A stretch of DNA of 64,000 nt, taken from the NCBI GenBank assembly GCA_977017645.1, contig OZ360225.1, positions 98,580,001 through 98,644,000 of the forward strand, in the 5' to 3' direction. Below are positions 1 to 11,097 of the stretch, piece after piece (position 1 is the stretch's first letter; every line of letters begins with the position of its first letter). The translations under genes and the position numbers were made by a program. The stretch is from Torpedo marmorata. Taxonomy: Eukaryota. Below the pieces are notes generated by a model. It saw only the letters and a list, made by a program, of their open reading frames with translations. It ran no database searches and was not told where the DNA came from.

Positions 1-594
1 AAATGACTTTTAAATAAAGCAAGTTAGTTGTCTCAAATTTGGTGCAGAGAAAATTGTGAAGAAATCTCAGATTGACTGAAAAAATTATTGGATCTTGGAG
101 AAGCCAGGGTATTACTGCATTATTGAGAATAGCTACAAATGTAATGTTCAATGAAGATATGAACACTTACCTTTGCTGGTTTGCTGTGTAATTTTCTGAT
201 GCTTCACAGTTTTTACTGTGTCAATTTCTGAATGGTTATTTTAGCAGGTAATCCTGAAATTCATTCTCTGAAAGATTAAAAACATCAACAGTACACTCTT
301 GCATATTGAATCAAAAACAAATTGCAAAATGAAAGGGGCCCATAAACTTTATTACAATTCAATTTTAAATGTTAATTTGGTCATTTTTACCAAATATTTA
401 ATGACTCCCAGCTCATTGCAACTAATTTGAATGTTGCCAGGTTAAACAGCAGGTAGAGCACACCAGTTGCACTCACAGGCACCAGCAATTCCAGTTTCAT
501 AAAGAAGCACTTTCTACTGCACTGTTACATTTAATCTAACTTTATTGGAGATTGATGGTATTAACTAAAAGTTATCTTTGTTTGAAATGTTTTA

Positions 595-1250
595 GTCAGG
601 AAGGCACAGCCTACACTTCCTAAGGAGGTTGAGGAGGGTAAGGCTACTGGCCTCCATCATGACAACATTTTACAGGAGCACAATTTAGGATGTCCTGTCT
701 GGCTACATCATTGTGTGGTATGGTAGCTGCAAAGCATCAGACTGGAAGTCAATGCAGAGGATCATCAAAAGGGCCAAGAAGATCAGTGGGGTCTCCCTTT
801 CCTCTATTGATGACATTCACTGGGAGCAATGCTTAAATAGGACTCAAAGAATTATTGACGACCCTTGCCATCCGTCATGCAGTATCTTTCGCCTACTACC
901 ATCAGGAAGAGGTACACAAGAGCATCAAATCAGGACTGCCAGGCTGAGAAATAGGTTCTTCCCACAGACTGTGAGATTGATGAATGGTATCCTGTAATTC
1001 CTGTAATCTTGGGTCTCTAATAAATGAAGTGTGTAAATTATTCCAAAATATAGTGACACATTTTTTGTGTATGTATATCCATCCATCTATCCATCCATCC
1101 ACATATACATTTTCTATTTTATATTTTTGTATATATGCGATTATTACGTGCTCTGTATTATGTTTGTATGTGTGTGCAGTCGGGAGAAATGCTCTTTTAT
1201 CTGGTTGTTTATGTACAGTCAGATGGTAATAAACCTAAACTTGAACTTGA
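595..1250 (+). mobile_element. Rex1/Babar-like LINE, 5'-truncated 3' fragment (degenerate)
   Basis: ORF 713-997 has the C-terminal signature WYG..QRII..I..DPCHP...LLPSGR..RLRNRFFP; AT-rich 3' UTR with (ATCC)n at ~1077-1100; ends in AATAAA followed by (CTTGAA)2. Confidence 0.85.
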
Positions 1251-1710
1251 AATAAAGTTTTCAATTTCTATTTGTTTTACAACTAAACAGCAATGTTCGG
1301 AAATGGGAGTCTCATTCACCAATTCAAAGTCTGAGAATTACCACCTTTGAGCTATTAAATTATGAGATACTCACCTTTGTTTCTTCCATTATGTAGATTG
1401 TGGTTCAAGCAAAGTACATTTGTCTCCATTTTATAAAACAAAACAAAGTAGCCAGTTCAAAAGGGAATCCACAATCTTTCTGATGTTTGTTAGTATTAAC
1501 TAGTATTTAATCAAAGATACAGTGTTTCTTTGCTTACATTTGGGTTTCTATTTTGACAGGAACATTACTCCAATCTGATTTTAATAGGACTTTTGCTTTA
1601 TTTCATATTTTGATATGTGGTAAGGTTTCAAGCTCAAAAGTAGAACTTTTCTGTCTGAAATAATTGGAATTCAAAGTGCTATGTGCCTTGGTCTCAACTT
1701 AGTATCAACC

Positions 1711-2376
1711 CATGTCCCAGTCCTCATCGAGGGCTCAGTAGTGGAGAGGGTCAAGAATGTCAAATTCCTGGGTGTCAACATCTCTGAGGATCTGTCCTGG
1801 AGACTCCACGTTGATGGAATCACAAAGAAGGCTTGCCAGCGGCTATACTTTGTGAGGTGTCTGAGGAGATTCGGTATGTCACCAAAGACTCTCGTAAACT
1901 TCTACAGGTGTACCGTGGAGAGCATTCTGGCTGGTTGCATCACTGTCTGGTATGGAGGCGCCAACTCTCAGGAAAAGAATAAACTCCAGAGGGTTGTTAA
2001 CTCAGCCTGTGAATTCACAGGCACCAGACTTCACTCCATCGAGGATATCTACAGGAGGCGGTGTCTCAAAAAAACAGCCTCTATCCTCAAAGACCCCCAC
2101 CACCCAGGCCATGCCCTCTTCACTCTGCTACCATCAGGAAAAAGGTACAGGAGCCTAAAGATGAGCACTCATTGGCACAAGGACAGCTTCTTCCCCGCTG
2201 CCATCAAATTCCTGAATAATCAATGAACCAAAGACACTGCCTTACTTTTCGTGCACTATTATTTTTTTTTATATAGTAATGTCGTAAGATGGTTATAATA
2301 TGAATGTTTGCACTATGATGCTGCTGCAAAACACCAAATTTCATGACTTGTTCATGACAATAAATTCTGATTCTGA
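1711..2376 (+). mobile_element. Rex1/Babar-like LINE 3' fragment, young subfamily A, copy 1
   Basis: ORF 1681-2226 (KFLGVNISEDLSW..RLYFVRCLRRFG..WYGG..DPHHPGHALFTLLPSGKRYRS..DSFFP); tail GACAATAAA(TTCTGA)2; near-identical to 27107-27796 and to 3899-4099 + 8951-10047. Confidence 0.92.
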
Positions 2377-3146
2377 TGAGGCAGGATCTAGGGAGATTTA
2401 ATTGGGAACAGATGTTCTCGGGGAAAAGCACAGAGGTAATGTGGAGGATGTTTAGGGACCACACATACGGTTCTGGATAGGTTTGCCCACTGAGACAGGG
2501 AAAAAATGGTAGGATGAGGAAACTGTGGTTGACAAAACAGGTGAGGCAGCTAGTTAAGAGGAAGAAGGAAGCATACATTACATTTAGGAAGCAAAAGACA
2601 AGAAGGGCTCATGAGAGTGATGTGGTAGCAAGAAAGGACTTAGGTGTGCGAGAGCCCTACGGTGTTCTATGCATAGGTGAAGATCAGAAGGATGATGAGA
2701 GTGAAGGTAGGGCTGCTTAAGGATAAAGGAGGCAACATGTGCTGGGAAGCAGAAGAGGTAGCAGAGGTCGTTTGCTTCAGTGTTCTTGGTCTTAGTCAAT
2801 ATGAGGTCAGTAAAACAAATGTATGGGATGGAGCATGTTGAAGTTAAGAAAGAGGAAGAGCTGGATCTTCTAAAAAAAATTAGGATTGATAAGTGCCCGG
2901 GACCAGACAAGATGTACCCCAGGCTACTACAGGAATCAAGGGAAGAGATTGCTGGGGTGTTGTCAATGATCTTTGTGTCCTCTCTGGCCACAGGGGAGGT
3001 ACCAGAGGATCGGAGAATGGCAGATATTGGCCCCTTGTTTAAAAAAACATAATAGGGAGCATCTTGGGAATTATAGACATATGTCACTGGCAGGCAAGCT
3101 AATGGAGAGGATTCTGAGGGACATAAATTACAAGCATTTAGAGAGT
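2377..3146 (+). mobile_element. CR1-clade LINE ORF2 fragment (EN-RT linker / RT N-terminus); left part of outer element
   Basis: ORF 2780-3052: KIRIDKCPGPDKMYPRLLQESREEIAG..SSLATGEVPEDRRMADIGPLFKK, a typical CR1 pre-RT motif; frameshifted. Confidence 0.85.
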
Positions 3147-3896
3147 TAAGACCATAAGATATAGGAATCTGCCCTGCCATTTAATCATGAGCTGATCCAT
3201 TTCCTTTGATACCCTGGCTAATCAAGAACCTACCAATATCTGCCTTAAATACACCCAATGACCTGGCCTCCACACAGCCTGTGGCAACAAATTCCACAGA
3301 TTTATTACCCTCTGTCTGAAGCAATTCCATCACATCTCTGTTCTAAGTAGACACCCTTCAATCCTGGTTGTGCCCTCTTGTCCCAGACTCTCCCACCATG
3401 AGAAACAACCTTTCTACATCTACTCTACCCACACCTTTTAACATTCAAAATATTTCAATGAGATTCCCCCTCATTCTCCTAAATTCCAACGAGTACAGGA
3501 CAAAAGCTGTCAAACGCTCCTCATATGATAACCCTTTCATTCCTGGAATCATCCTTGTGAACCTCCTCTGAACCCTCTCTAACGTCAGCACATCCTTTCT
3601 TAAATGGGAGCCCAAAACTGCTCAAAATACTTCAAGTGAGGTCTCACCAGTGCTTTAGAAAGCCACATCACATCCCTGCTCTTACATTCTATTCCTCTTG
3701 AAATGAATGCCAGCATTGTATTTGCCTTCTTCACCACTGACTCAACATGAGAGTTTACCTTCAGTCTATCCTGCACAAGGACTCGCAGGGCCCTTTGCAT
3801 CTGGGTATTTTCAATTTTTTCCCCATTTAAAAAATAGTCTGTCTGTTTATGTTTTCTAACAAAGTGCATGACCATACACTTTCTGACACTATTTAA
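3147..3896 (-). mobile_element. CR1-clade LINE 3' end (3' part of the minus-strand CR1 that continues at 10048-12930)
   Basis: ORF 3600-3908(-): KCMVMHF..VVKKANTMLAFISRGIECKS..ALVRPHLKYFEQFWAP; CR1-like 3' tail near 3147-3165. Confidence 0.85.
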
Positions 3897-3898
3897 TA

Positions 3899-4099
3899 TC
3901 AGAATCAATTTATTGTCATGAACAAGTCATGAAATTCAGTGTTGTGCGGCAGCATCATAGTGTAATTAACATTCATATTATAACCATCTTACGACATTAC
4001 TATAAAAAATTATAAATAATAGTGCACGAAAAGTAAGGCAGTGTCTTTGGTTCATTGATTATTCAGGAATCTGATGGCAGCGGGGAAGAAGCTGTCCTT
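3899..4099 (-). mobile_element. Rex1/Babar-like LINE subfamily A copy 2, 3' end (split by L1 insertion)
   Basis: Reverse complement of the 3' UTR and tail of 1711-2376; stops at the L1 target-site duplication GGAAGAAGCTGTCCTT (4084-4099). Confidence 0.92.
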
Positions 4100-4378
4100 T
4101 AAAAAAAAATATTTAAAATTTTAAATCACTCAATAATACATCTTATAAAATGCAAAATTATCAAAATACATGTGATACATTTTAACCCCTCCCTCCCCTC
4201 CCTAACCCTCCCACCCCTACTATTCTAATAAAATAGAAAGGAAGAAAAAAGAAAGAAAGAAATAAAGAAAGAAAGAAAAAGATAAAGTAAGGAGAATGTT
4301 AATCTAAAAAAGAACAATTATGAACTCATTTTATTGTGGAACACAGTTTCGCCAGTCAGAACTGATATCCAGAGATCT

Positions 4379-7300
4379 TCAAATCCTTAAACCTACAGTT
4401 TTTATATATGCACTCCATACCTTCAAAAATAAATGATATTTATTACGTAAATTATAAGTAATTTTTTCAAGTGATATGCATGAACGAAGTTCTGCATGCC
4501 ATCTTTCTAACCCTAAATCTACATCAGATTTCCATGTAATAGCAATGCATTTCTTAGAAACAGCTAAAGCAATTTGCAAAAATTCTATTTGATACATATT
4601 TAATTTCATCTTAATACTAATTATTTTAATATCTCCAAACAAAAATATCATAGGGTCCATTGGGAGTGTAATACTTAATACTTTGTCTAAAAACTTTTTA
4701 ACTTTCAACCAAAAATCATATATCTTTGGACAAAGCCATGTAGAGTGTACAAAAGAACCTTCCTCTCTATTACATCTAAAATATAGACCTGATAATGTCG
4801 GATTAAATTTCTGTAATTTCTTAGGTGTTAAATATAATTGATGCAAAAAGTTATATTGCACTAACCTATATCTAACGTTAATAATCTTCATCATATTTGT
4901 TTACATATTTCTTTCCAATGTTCCTTATCTATTGTTACATTCAGATCTGATTCCCATTTTAATCTTGATTTATGAATTCCTAATTTAGGCAATTTTCTCT
5001 GTAACAATCTATACATTTGAGAAATAAATTTGTTTACACCTCCATTAGTAACTAATAATTCCAGTTCACTTTGTCTTGGTAAAGTCAAACTATAACCCAA
5101 CCTTTCAACTAAAAATGCTCTGATTTGATAATAAGCAAAAAGTGTATTATTTAATATATTAAACTTTTCATTCATTCTTTGAAAAGTAATAAATGTGCCA
5201 GCTTCAAAACAATCATTTATTTTCTTAATTCCCTTTTGGAACCAGATTTTAAATAATTGATTATCAGTAGTAAATGGACTAAGTTTATTTTGATATAAAG
5301 GCATTTTTCGAGAAATTAACCCTTTCCCTCCTATCTCCCTATCCACTCTATTCCATATTTATAACAAATGTTTAAAAATAGGAGAGTTTTTCCCTCTTGT
5401 TAATAATAATTTAGAATTCCATTTATAAATAACTTCTTCTTTCAAATCTTCTCCTATATTATTTAATTCTATTCTAATCCAAGCAGGAGATTTTCCTAAA
5501 TCAAACATTTCATTAATAAATTTTAATTGAACTGCTTTATAATAATTTTGAAAATTGGGAAGTTATAAACCACCCATTTCATAATCCCAGGTTAATTTCT
5601 CCATACCTACTCTAGCCAACTTTCCTTTCCACAAAAAGTTCCTAATAATTAAATTTAAATCTTTAAAGATTTTTGAGGAATTTCATAAGGAATTGATTGA
5701 AAAAGATATTGAATTCTTGTAAAAAATCATTTTAATACAATTTACCCTTTCTATTAAAGTTATAGGTAAATCCTTCCAACTTTCTAAATCTTTTTTAATA
5801 TTCCTAAATAATGGTAAATAATTTAATTTATAAATATTGGTTAATTTTGTATCTATTTTTATTCCCAAATATTTAATTCCTTCATTTGACCATTTAAATT
5901 GTGTAATTTCTTTACATTTATTATAGTCCCCTTGTGTCAATGCCATAATTTCACTTTTATCAGAATTAATCTTATAACCAGATATTTCCCCATATTCTCT
6001 CAATAAAACATTCAATTGTATTAAAGAAGTAATAGGTTTTGTCATATAAATCAGTACATCATCTGCAAATAAACTAATTTTATGCTCTTCTTTTCCAACT
6101 TTAATACCTACAATCTTAATATCTTGTCTAATTAATTCTGCTAAAGGTCCTATTGCTAAAATAAACAATGCTGGCGATAAAGGGCATCCTTGTCTGGTTG
6201 ACCTAGTCAAATAAAATTTTGAAGACATTTGTCCATTAGTCACCACTCTGACAGAAGGATCTTTATATATAGTTTTAATCCAATTAATAAATGTAGTTCC
6301 AAAACCAAATTTTTCCAGTACTTTAAATAAATAATTCCACTCTAATCTGTCAAAAGCCTTTTTGGCATCTAATGTTAATAGTAATGCTAATTCTTCTTTC
6401 ATTTGTGCCACATTTATTAAACTAATTAATCTGGCTATATTATCTTTTGAATATCTATTCTTAATAAAACCTGCTTGATCTACATGAATTAAATCTGGTA
6501 AGTATTTAGCCACTCTATTTGCTAAAATTTTCGCCATTATCTTATAATCCACATTTAGCAATGAAATTGGTCTATATGATTCTGTTTTCAATACATCTCT
6601 ATCTTTTTTAGGTATAACTGTAATTATTGCATTTGAAAATGTTTCCGGTAGAGAATGAGTTTCTGTTATTTGTTTTAACACCTCCATAAATGGAGGTATG
6701 AATAAATCCTTAAACTCCTTATAAAATTCTGATGGGAAACCATCCTCCCCTGGAGATTTTCCACTCGTTAATGAACTAAGAACATCATTAACTTCCCTCA
6801 TCGTAAATGACAAATCTAAAAGTTCTTTACTTTGAGTATTTAATCTAGGTAACTTAATTTTAGATATAAATTCATTAATTTTAGAATCATCTTTATCAGT
6901 TTGAGATTTATATAAATTTAAATAAAATTCCTTAAAGGAATCATTTATTTCTCGAGGTTTATATGTTATTTTCCTTGAATTCATTTTTATAGCACTCATA
7001 GTTCTAGAAGTTTGTTCTTTCTTTAATTACCACGCCAACACTTTATGCGCTCTTTCTCCCAATTCATAATATCTTTGCTTAGTTCTTTCAATTAATTTTC
7101 CATTTTATATGTTTGTAACGTATTATAATACAAGTTTTTTTCGATTAAATTTTTCCTCTTTTCTTCTGATCTCTTTTTTTGCAAATCCTTCTCCAAAAAC
7201 TCAATCTCCTTCTCCAAATTATCCAGTTCCTGAACATATTCCTTCTTAACTTTTGCTGAATAACTTATTATTTGGCCTCTTAAATAAGCCTTTAGAGTTT

Positions 7301-8134
7301 CCCAAATAATAAATTCATTATCAATCGAATTAGAATTAATCTGTAAAAATTCTTGAATTTCTCTTCTTATATAATTACAAAAATCCAATCTTTTCAATAA
7401 AGAAGAATTAAATCTCCACCTATATATAGTTTTTTTCTTTTTCTGGAATTATACATGACAGGCGAATGGTCAGAAATTATTCTTGCTTTATATTGTGCTT
7501 GAGTCACCCTGTCTTCTAATTGTGATGACAATAAAAACATGTCTATTCTAGAATAAGAGTCATGTCTAAAAATAAAAATAATAATCTTTTTCTCTTGGAT
7601 TCAACTTTCTCCAAATATCTATTAAATTTAAATCTTTCATCAAAGTAAGATTTCTTTTAGCAGTTTTAGTTTTGATAATTGATTTCAATGTTTTATCCAT
7701 TATTGGATCTAAACAACAATTAAAATCCCCACCAATTAAGATATTATCATTTGCTTCTGACAAATGCATAAAAGAATCTTGAATAAATTGTTCATCTTCC
7801 ATATTTGGCACTTATATATTCATAAGTGTCCACATTTCTGAATATATCTGACAATTTATTAAAACATATCTTCCTGCCACATCAAAACCACAGATTGTAT
7901 TTTAAAAGGTAACTTTTTATTAATTAATATAGCAACTCCTTTTACTTTAGAATTAAATGAAGATGCAACCACTTGACCAACCCATTCTCTTTTCAACTTC
8001 TGATATTCTATATCTGTCAAATGTGTCTCTTGTAAAAAAGCTATATCTACATTTAACTTTTTAATATATGCTAAAGTTTTCTTCCTTTTAATCAGATTAT
8101 TTAGCCCATTTTTATTAATACTTACTACATTCAA
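4379..8134 (-). pseudogene. L1 ORF2 (endonuclease + reverse transcriptase), broken by stops/frameshifts
   Basis: EN: SINKNGLNN..KRK..DIAFLQETH, IGGDFN, LIDIWR; RT: SGKSPGEDG, YRPISLLNVDYKIMAKILANR, RQGCPLSP, SLFADD, KYLGI; C-terminus: FRC...HSTWLCPKI; split into at least 6 ORFs. Confidence 0.93.
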
Positions 8135-8441
8135 TAATCATAATTAAACTATCCACCATTTCTAATATTTAATAACTCTCTCTCCATCAGATCCATCGGC
8201 ACCCCCTTCCACATTTGTAATCTATTTGACATCTCCTTAGAAGGAAAAAGAAAAAAGATACAAAGAAAACAAAAAACTAAAAACCCCACTATATTTAATA
8301 CTGGCATAATTACCCCAGTATTACCACCCTCCATTGTTCGGGAAGTGGCTCTCGCCACTAAGGTGATGTGTGACTAGGTACAGAGAAGACAAAAAGTCCA
8401 CCCCCCCCAACAGATTTTACACAACATTTGTTATAATTTCT

Positions 8442-8803
8442 TCATCCAACTTCTTCGAGCTCTCTATTAGTTTGGTCCTCATCGATTTCGACCCCATCTT
8501 CTTGTCCTGGAACACTTGGTGGAGGCAAATCCTGAGTCGGTAAAATAGCTTGAACTTCATGTTGTCCCATCAAATCTTGACCTTTCCCCAATTTCGGAAG
8601 TGAATTTGCATACTCCAGAGCTTGTCGATAATCAGCAAAAAAGAATGATTGATTCTCTGTAGACTGAACCTTCAAAATCGCAGGATATCTAAATATAGTG
8701 GGGTTTTTATTTTTTTGTTTTCTTTGTATCTTTTTTCTTGAATGAAACTTTCTTTAAACACTATTTTCTATGACTTTTGTTCCTTCCCTTTTCTAGTGGA
8801 CAT
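8442..8803 (-). pseudogene. L1 ORF1 remnant (N-terminal stub + C-terminal part; middle deleted)
   Basis: ATG at 8803 (MSTRKGKEQKS*); C-terminal FRYPAILKV..FFF resembles the L1 ORF1 C-terminal domain; ~360 bp is far shorter than a normal ORF1. Confidence 0.6.
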
Positions 8804-8950
8804 TCTTCAATCGTTAATAAACAATCTTAACTTTTTTTAATTACTAAATAATTTTTTTTTTACAGGTTTTAATTAGTTCTGTAGGGAGAGGTGTATTTCC
8901 ACGTATCCAACCTACGCCATCACGCCACGCCCCCGGAAGAAGCTGTCCTT

Positions 8951-10047
8951 GTGCCGTTGAGTGCTCGTCTTTAGGCTCCTGTACCTTTTTCCTGATGGTA
9001 GCAGAGTGAAGAGGGCATGGCCTGGGTGGTGAGGGTCTTGAGGATAGAGGCTGCTTTTTTAAGACACCGCCTCATGTAGATGTCCTTGATGGAGTGAAGT
9101 TTGGTGCCTGTGATGTCACAGGCCGAGTTAACAACCCTCTGGAGTTTACTCTTGTCCTGAGAGTTGGTGCCTCCATACCAGGCAGTGATGCAACCAGCCA
9201 GAATGCTCTCCACGGTACACCTGTAGAAGTTTACGAGAGTCTTCGGTGATATACCGAATCTCCTCAGACACCTCACAAAGTATAGCCGCTGACGAGCCTT
9301 CTTTGTGATTGCATCAATGTGGATGCTCCAGGACAGATCCTCGGAGATGTTGACACCCAGGAATTTGAAGTTCTTGACCCTCTCCACTACTGAGCCCTCG
9401 ATGAGGACTGGTCGTGTCCCCCTGACTTCCTCCTGAAGTCCACAATCATCTCCTTGGTTTTGCTGATGTTGAGCGCAAGGTTGTTGTCATTACACCATTC
9501 AACAAGCTGATCTATCTCCGTCCTGTACGCTTCCTCATTGCCGTTTGTGATTCTACCGACAACTGTGGTGTCATCGGCAAACTTGTAGATGGCATTGGAA
9601 TTGTGCCTGGCCATACAGTCATGGGTGTATAACGAGTAGAGCAGTGGACTAAGCATGCATCCTTGGGGTGCGCCTGTGTTGATAATCAGTGAGGAGGAGA
9701 CGTTGTTTCCAATTCGTACTGACTGTGGTCTTCCGATGAGAAAGTCAAGGATCCAGTTGCAGAGTGGGTTACAGAGGCCTAGATTTTGTAGCTTGTTGAC
9801 CAGCACTGAGGGAATAATGGTATTGAAGGCCGAGCTGTAGTCGATGAAGAGCAGCCGTATGTATGAATTGCTGTTTTTGAGGTGATCCAGAGCTGAGTGG
9901 AGAGCCAGCGATATTGCATCTGCTGTGGAGCGATTGTGACGATAGCTGAATTGTAGTGGGTCCAGATCTTTGCTTAGTACGTGTTAATTCTGGCCATGAC
10001 CAGCCTCTCAAAGCATTTCATCACAGTAGAAGTTAGTGCAACTGGGC
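8951..10047 (-). mobile_element. Rex1/Babar-like LINE subfamily A copy 2, RT and C-terminal region
   Basis: ORFs 9387-9806 ([27 protein letters not shown]) and 8971-9387; continuous with 3899-4099 across the L1; 5'-truncated near PVALTSTVMKCFE. Confidence 0.93.
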
Positions 10048-10366
10048 CCTGCCCATTCTCCTAATTTGTCTAAGTCATTCTGCAGCATCACTGTTTCCTG
10101 AACACTACCTGCTCTTCCACCTACCTTTGCATCATCTGCAAACTTGGCCACAAAGCCATTCTTTCCATAATCCAAATCATTAATATACAATATAAAAAGA
10201 AGCACCCCAACACCGACTCCTGTGGAACACCACTAGCAACTGGCAGCCAACCAGAATATGATCCCTGTATTCCAACACTTTGCTTCCTGCCTATCAGCCA
10301 ATGCTCTACCCACACTAGTACGTTTCCTGTTATACCACAGGCTCTTATCTTGTTAAGTAGCCTCAT
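10048..10366 (-). mobile_element. CR1-clade LINE RT fragment (middle of minus-strand CR1)
   Basis: SGVPQESVLG / LFILYINDLD..VAKFADDAKVG (ORFs 10008-10205 and 10121-10366). Confidence 0.88.
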
Positions 10367-11097
10367 GTGAGTGTGGGAGTGTGACTCAGAATTGAAATGG
10401 CTGGCTACTGGGAGGTCGCTGTTGTTGCCACACCTCCCCCCTCACCACGGTCCAGGGCCCCAAACAGGCCTTACAAGTGAAGCTACACTTCACTTCTACA
10501 TCCAGAGAACTTATTTACTGCATCCGGTGCTCCCTTTGTGGCTTTCTCTACATCGGAGAGACCGGTCGTAGATTGGGAGACCACTTTGTTCAGCACCTCC
10601 TCTCAGTCCGCAACAGCAGCGACCTCCCAGTAGCCAGCCATTTCAATTCCGAGTCACCCTCCCACACTCACTTGTCTGTCCATGGCCTTATGTACTATCC
10701 CACCCAGACTACCCGCAAATTGGAGGAACAACATCTCATTTTCCGTCTCGGCACTCTCCAGCCAGATGGCATTAACATTGACTTTTCTGCTTTCCACTGA
10801 ACCTGCTTGTCTTTTCCTTCTCCTCCCCCCTCACCTGTCCTTCCAGTTTTTTTCCACCCACCCAGCCATCCCTCCTCCCCCACTTTGCTGCTGTCCCCTC
10901 CCTCCTTTCTCCACCTATCATCTCCTGCCTTTGCCACCCCCCCCTTCCCCCCCTCACTCTTCTGTTCGGACGCCTGCCGGCATTTTCTCATATTTTGATG
11001 AAGGGCTCAAGCCCGAAACGTCGGTTATGTATTTCTACCTTTGCTACATAAAAGACACTGTTTGACCTGCTGAGTTTCTCCAGCATTTGTGTTTTTT
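10367..11097 (+). mobile_element. Penelope-like element 3' portion: GIY-YIG endonuclease remnant + pseudo-LTR with hammerhead motif; short inverted 5' segment
   Basis: ORF 10477-10800: LIYCIRCSLCGFLYIGETGRRLGDHF..H...PVASHFN..RKLEEQHLIFRLGTLQPDGIN, a PLE GIY-YIG domain; C/T-rich UTR; 10367-10428 is an inverted copy of 10610-10671. Confidence 0.9.
10989..11029 (+). ncRNA. Minimal type I hammerhead ribozyme motif (Penelope pLTR)
   Basis: TTGATGA-A-GGGC(TCAA)GCCC-GAAA-CGTC-GGTTATG: core (C>U)UGAUGA, stem II hairpin, GAAA, palindromic ACGT stem III, GUC triplet; flanks CATA../..TATG can form stem I. Confidence 0.7.

Larger units (their letters stand above)
4100..8934 (-). mobile_element. L1-clade LINE, 5'-complete but defective, flanked by 16-bp TSD
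   Basis: TSD GGAAGAAGCTGTCCTT at 4084-4099 and 8935-8950, present once in the uninterrupted copy near 27298-27313; GC-rich 5' end GGGGGCGTGGCGTGATGGCG; ORF2 fragments carry APE EN, RT and a C-terminal Cys/His region; very AT-rich. Confidence 0.95.

Noticed and set aside
1681-2226. 181-aa open ORF (and its 189-aa twin at 27266-27835) as a host gene
   Set aside because: It is the C-terminal part of a Rex1-like LINE ORF; the start codons come from unrelated flanking DNA, and openness reflects youth of the insertion
2584-3180. 198-aa minus-strand ORF
   Set aside because: Antisense shadow of the plus-strand CR1 fragment; no independent motif
5683-6999. 438-aa RT ORF as an active or domesticated enzyme, or a retron/DGR-like system
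   Set aside because: It is one piece of a frameshifted L1 ORF2 in eukaryotic context; no retron, DGR or group II intron architecture
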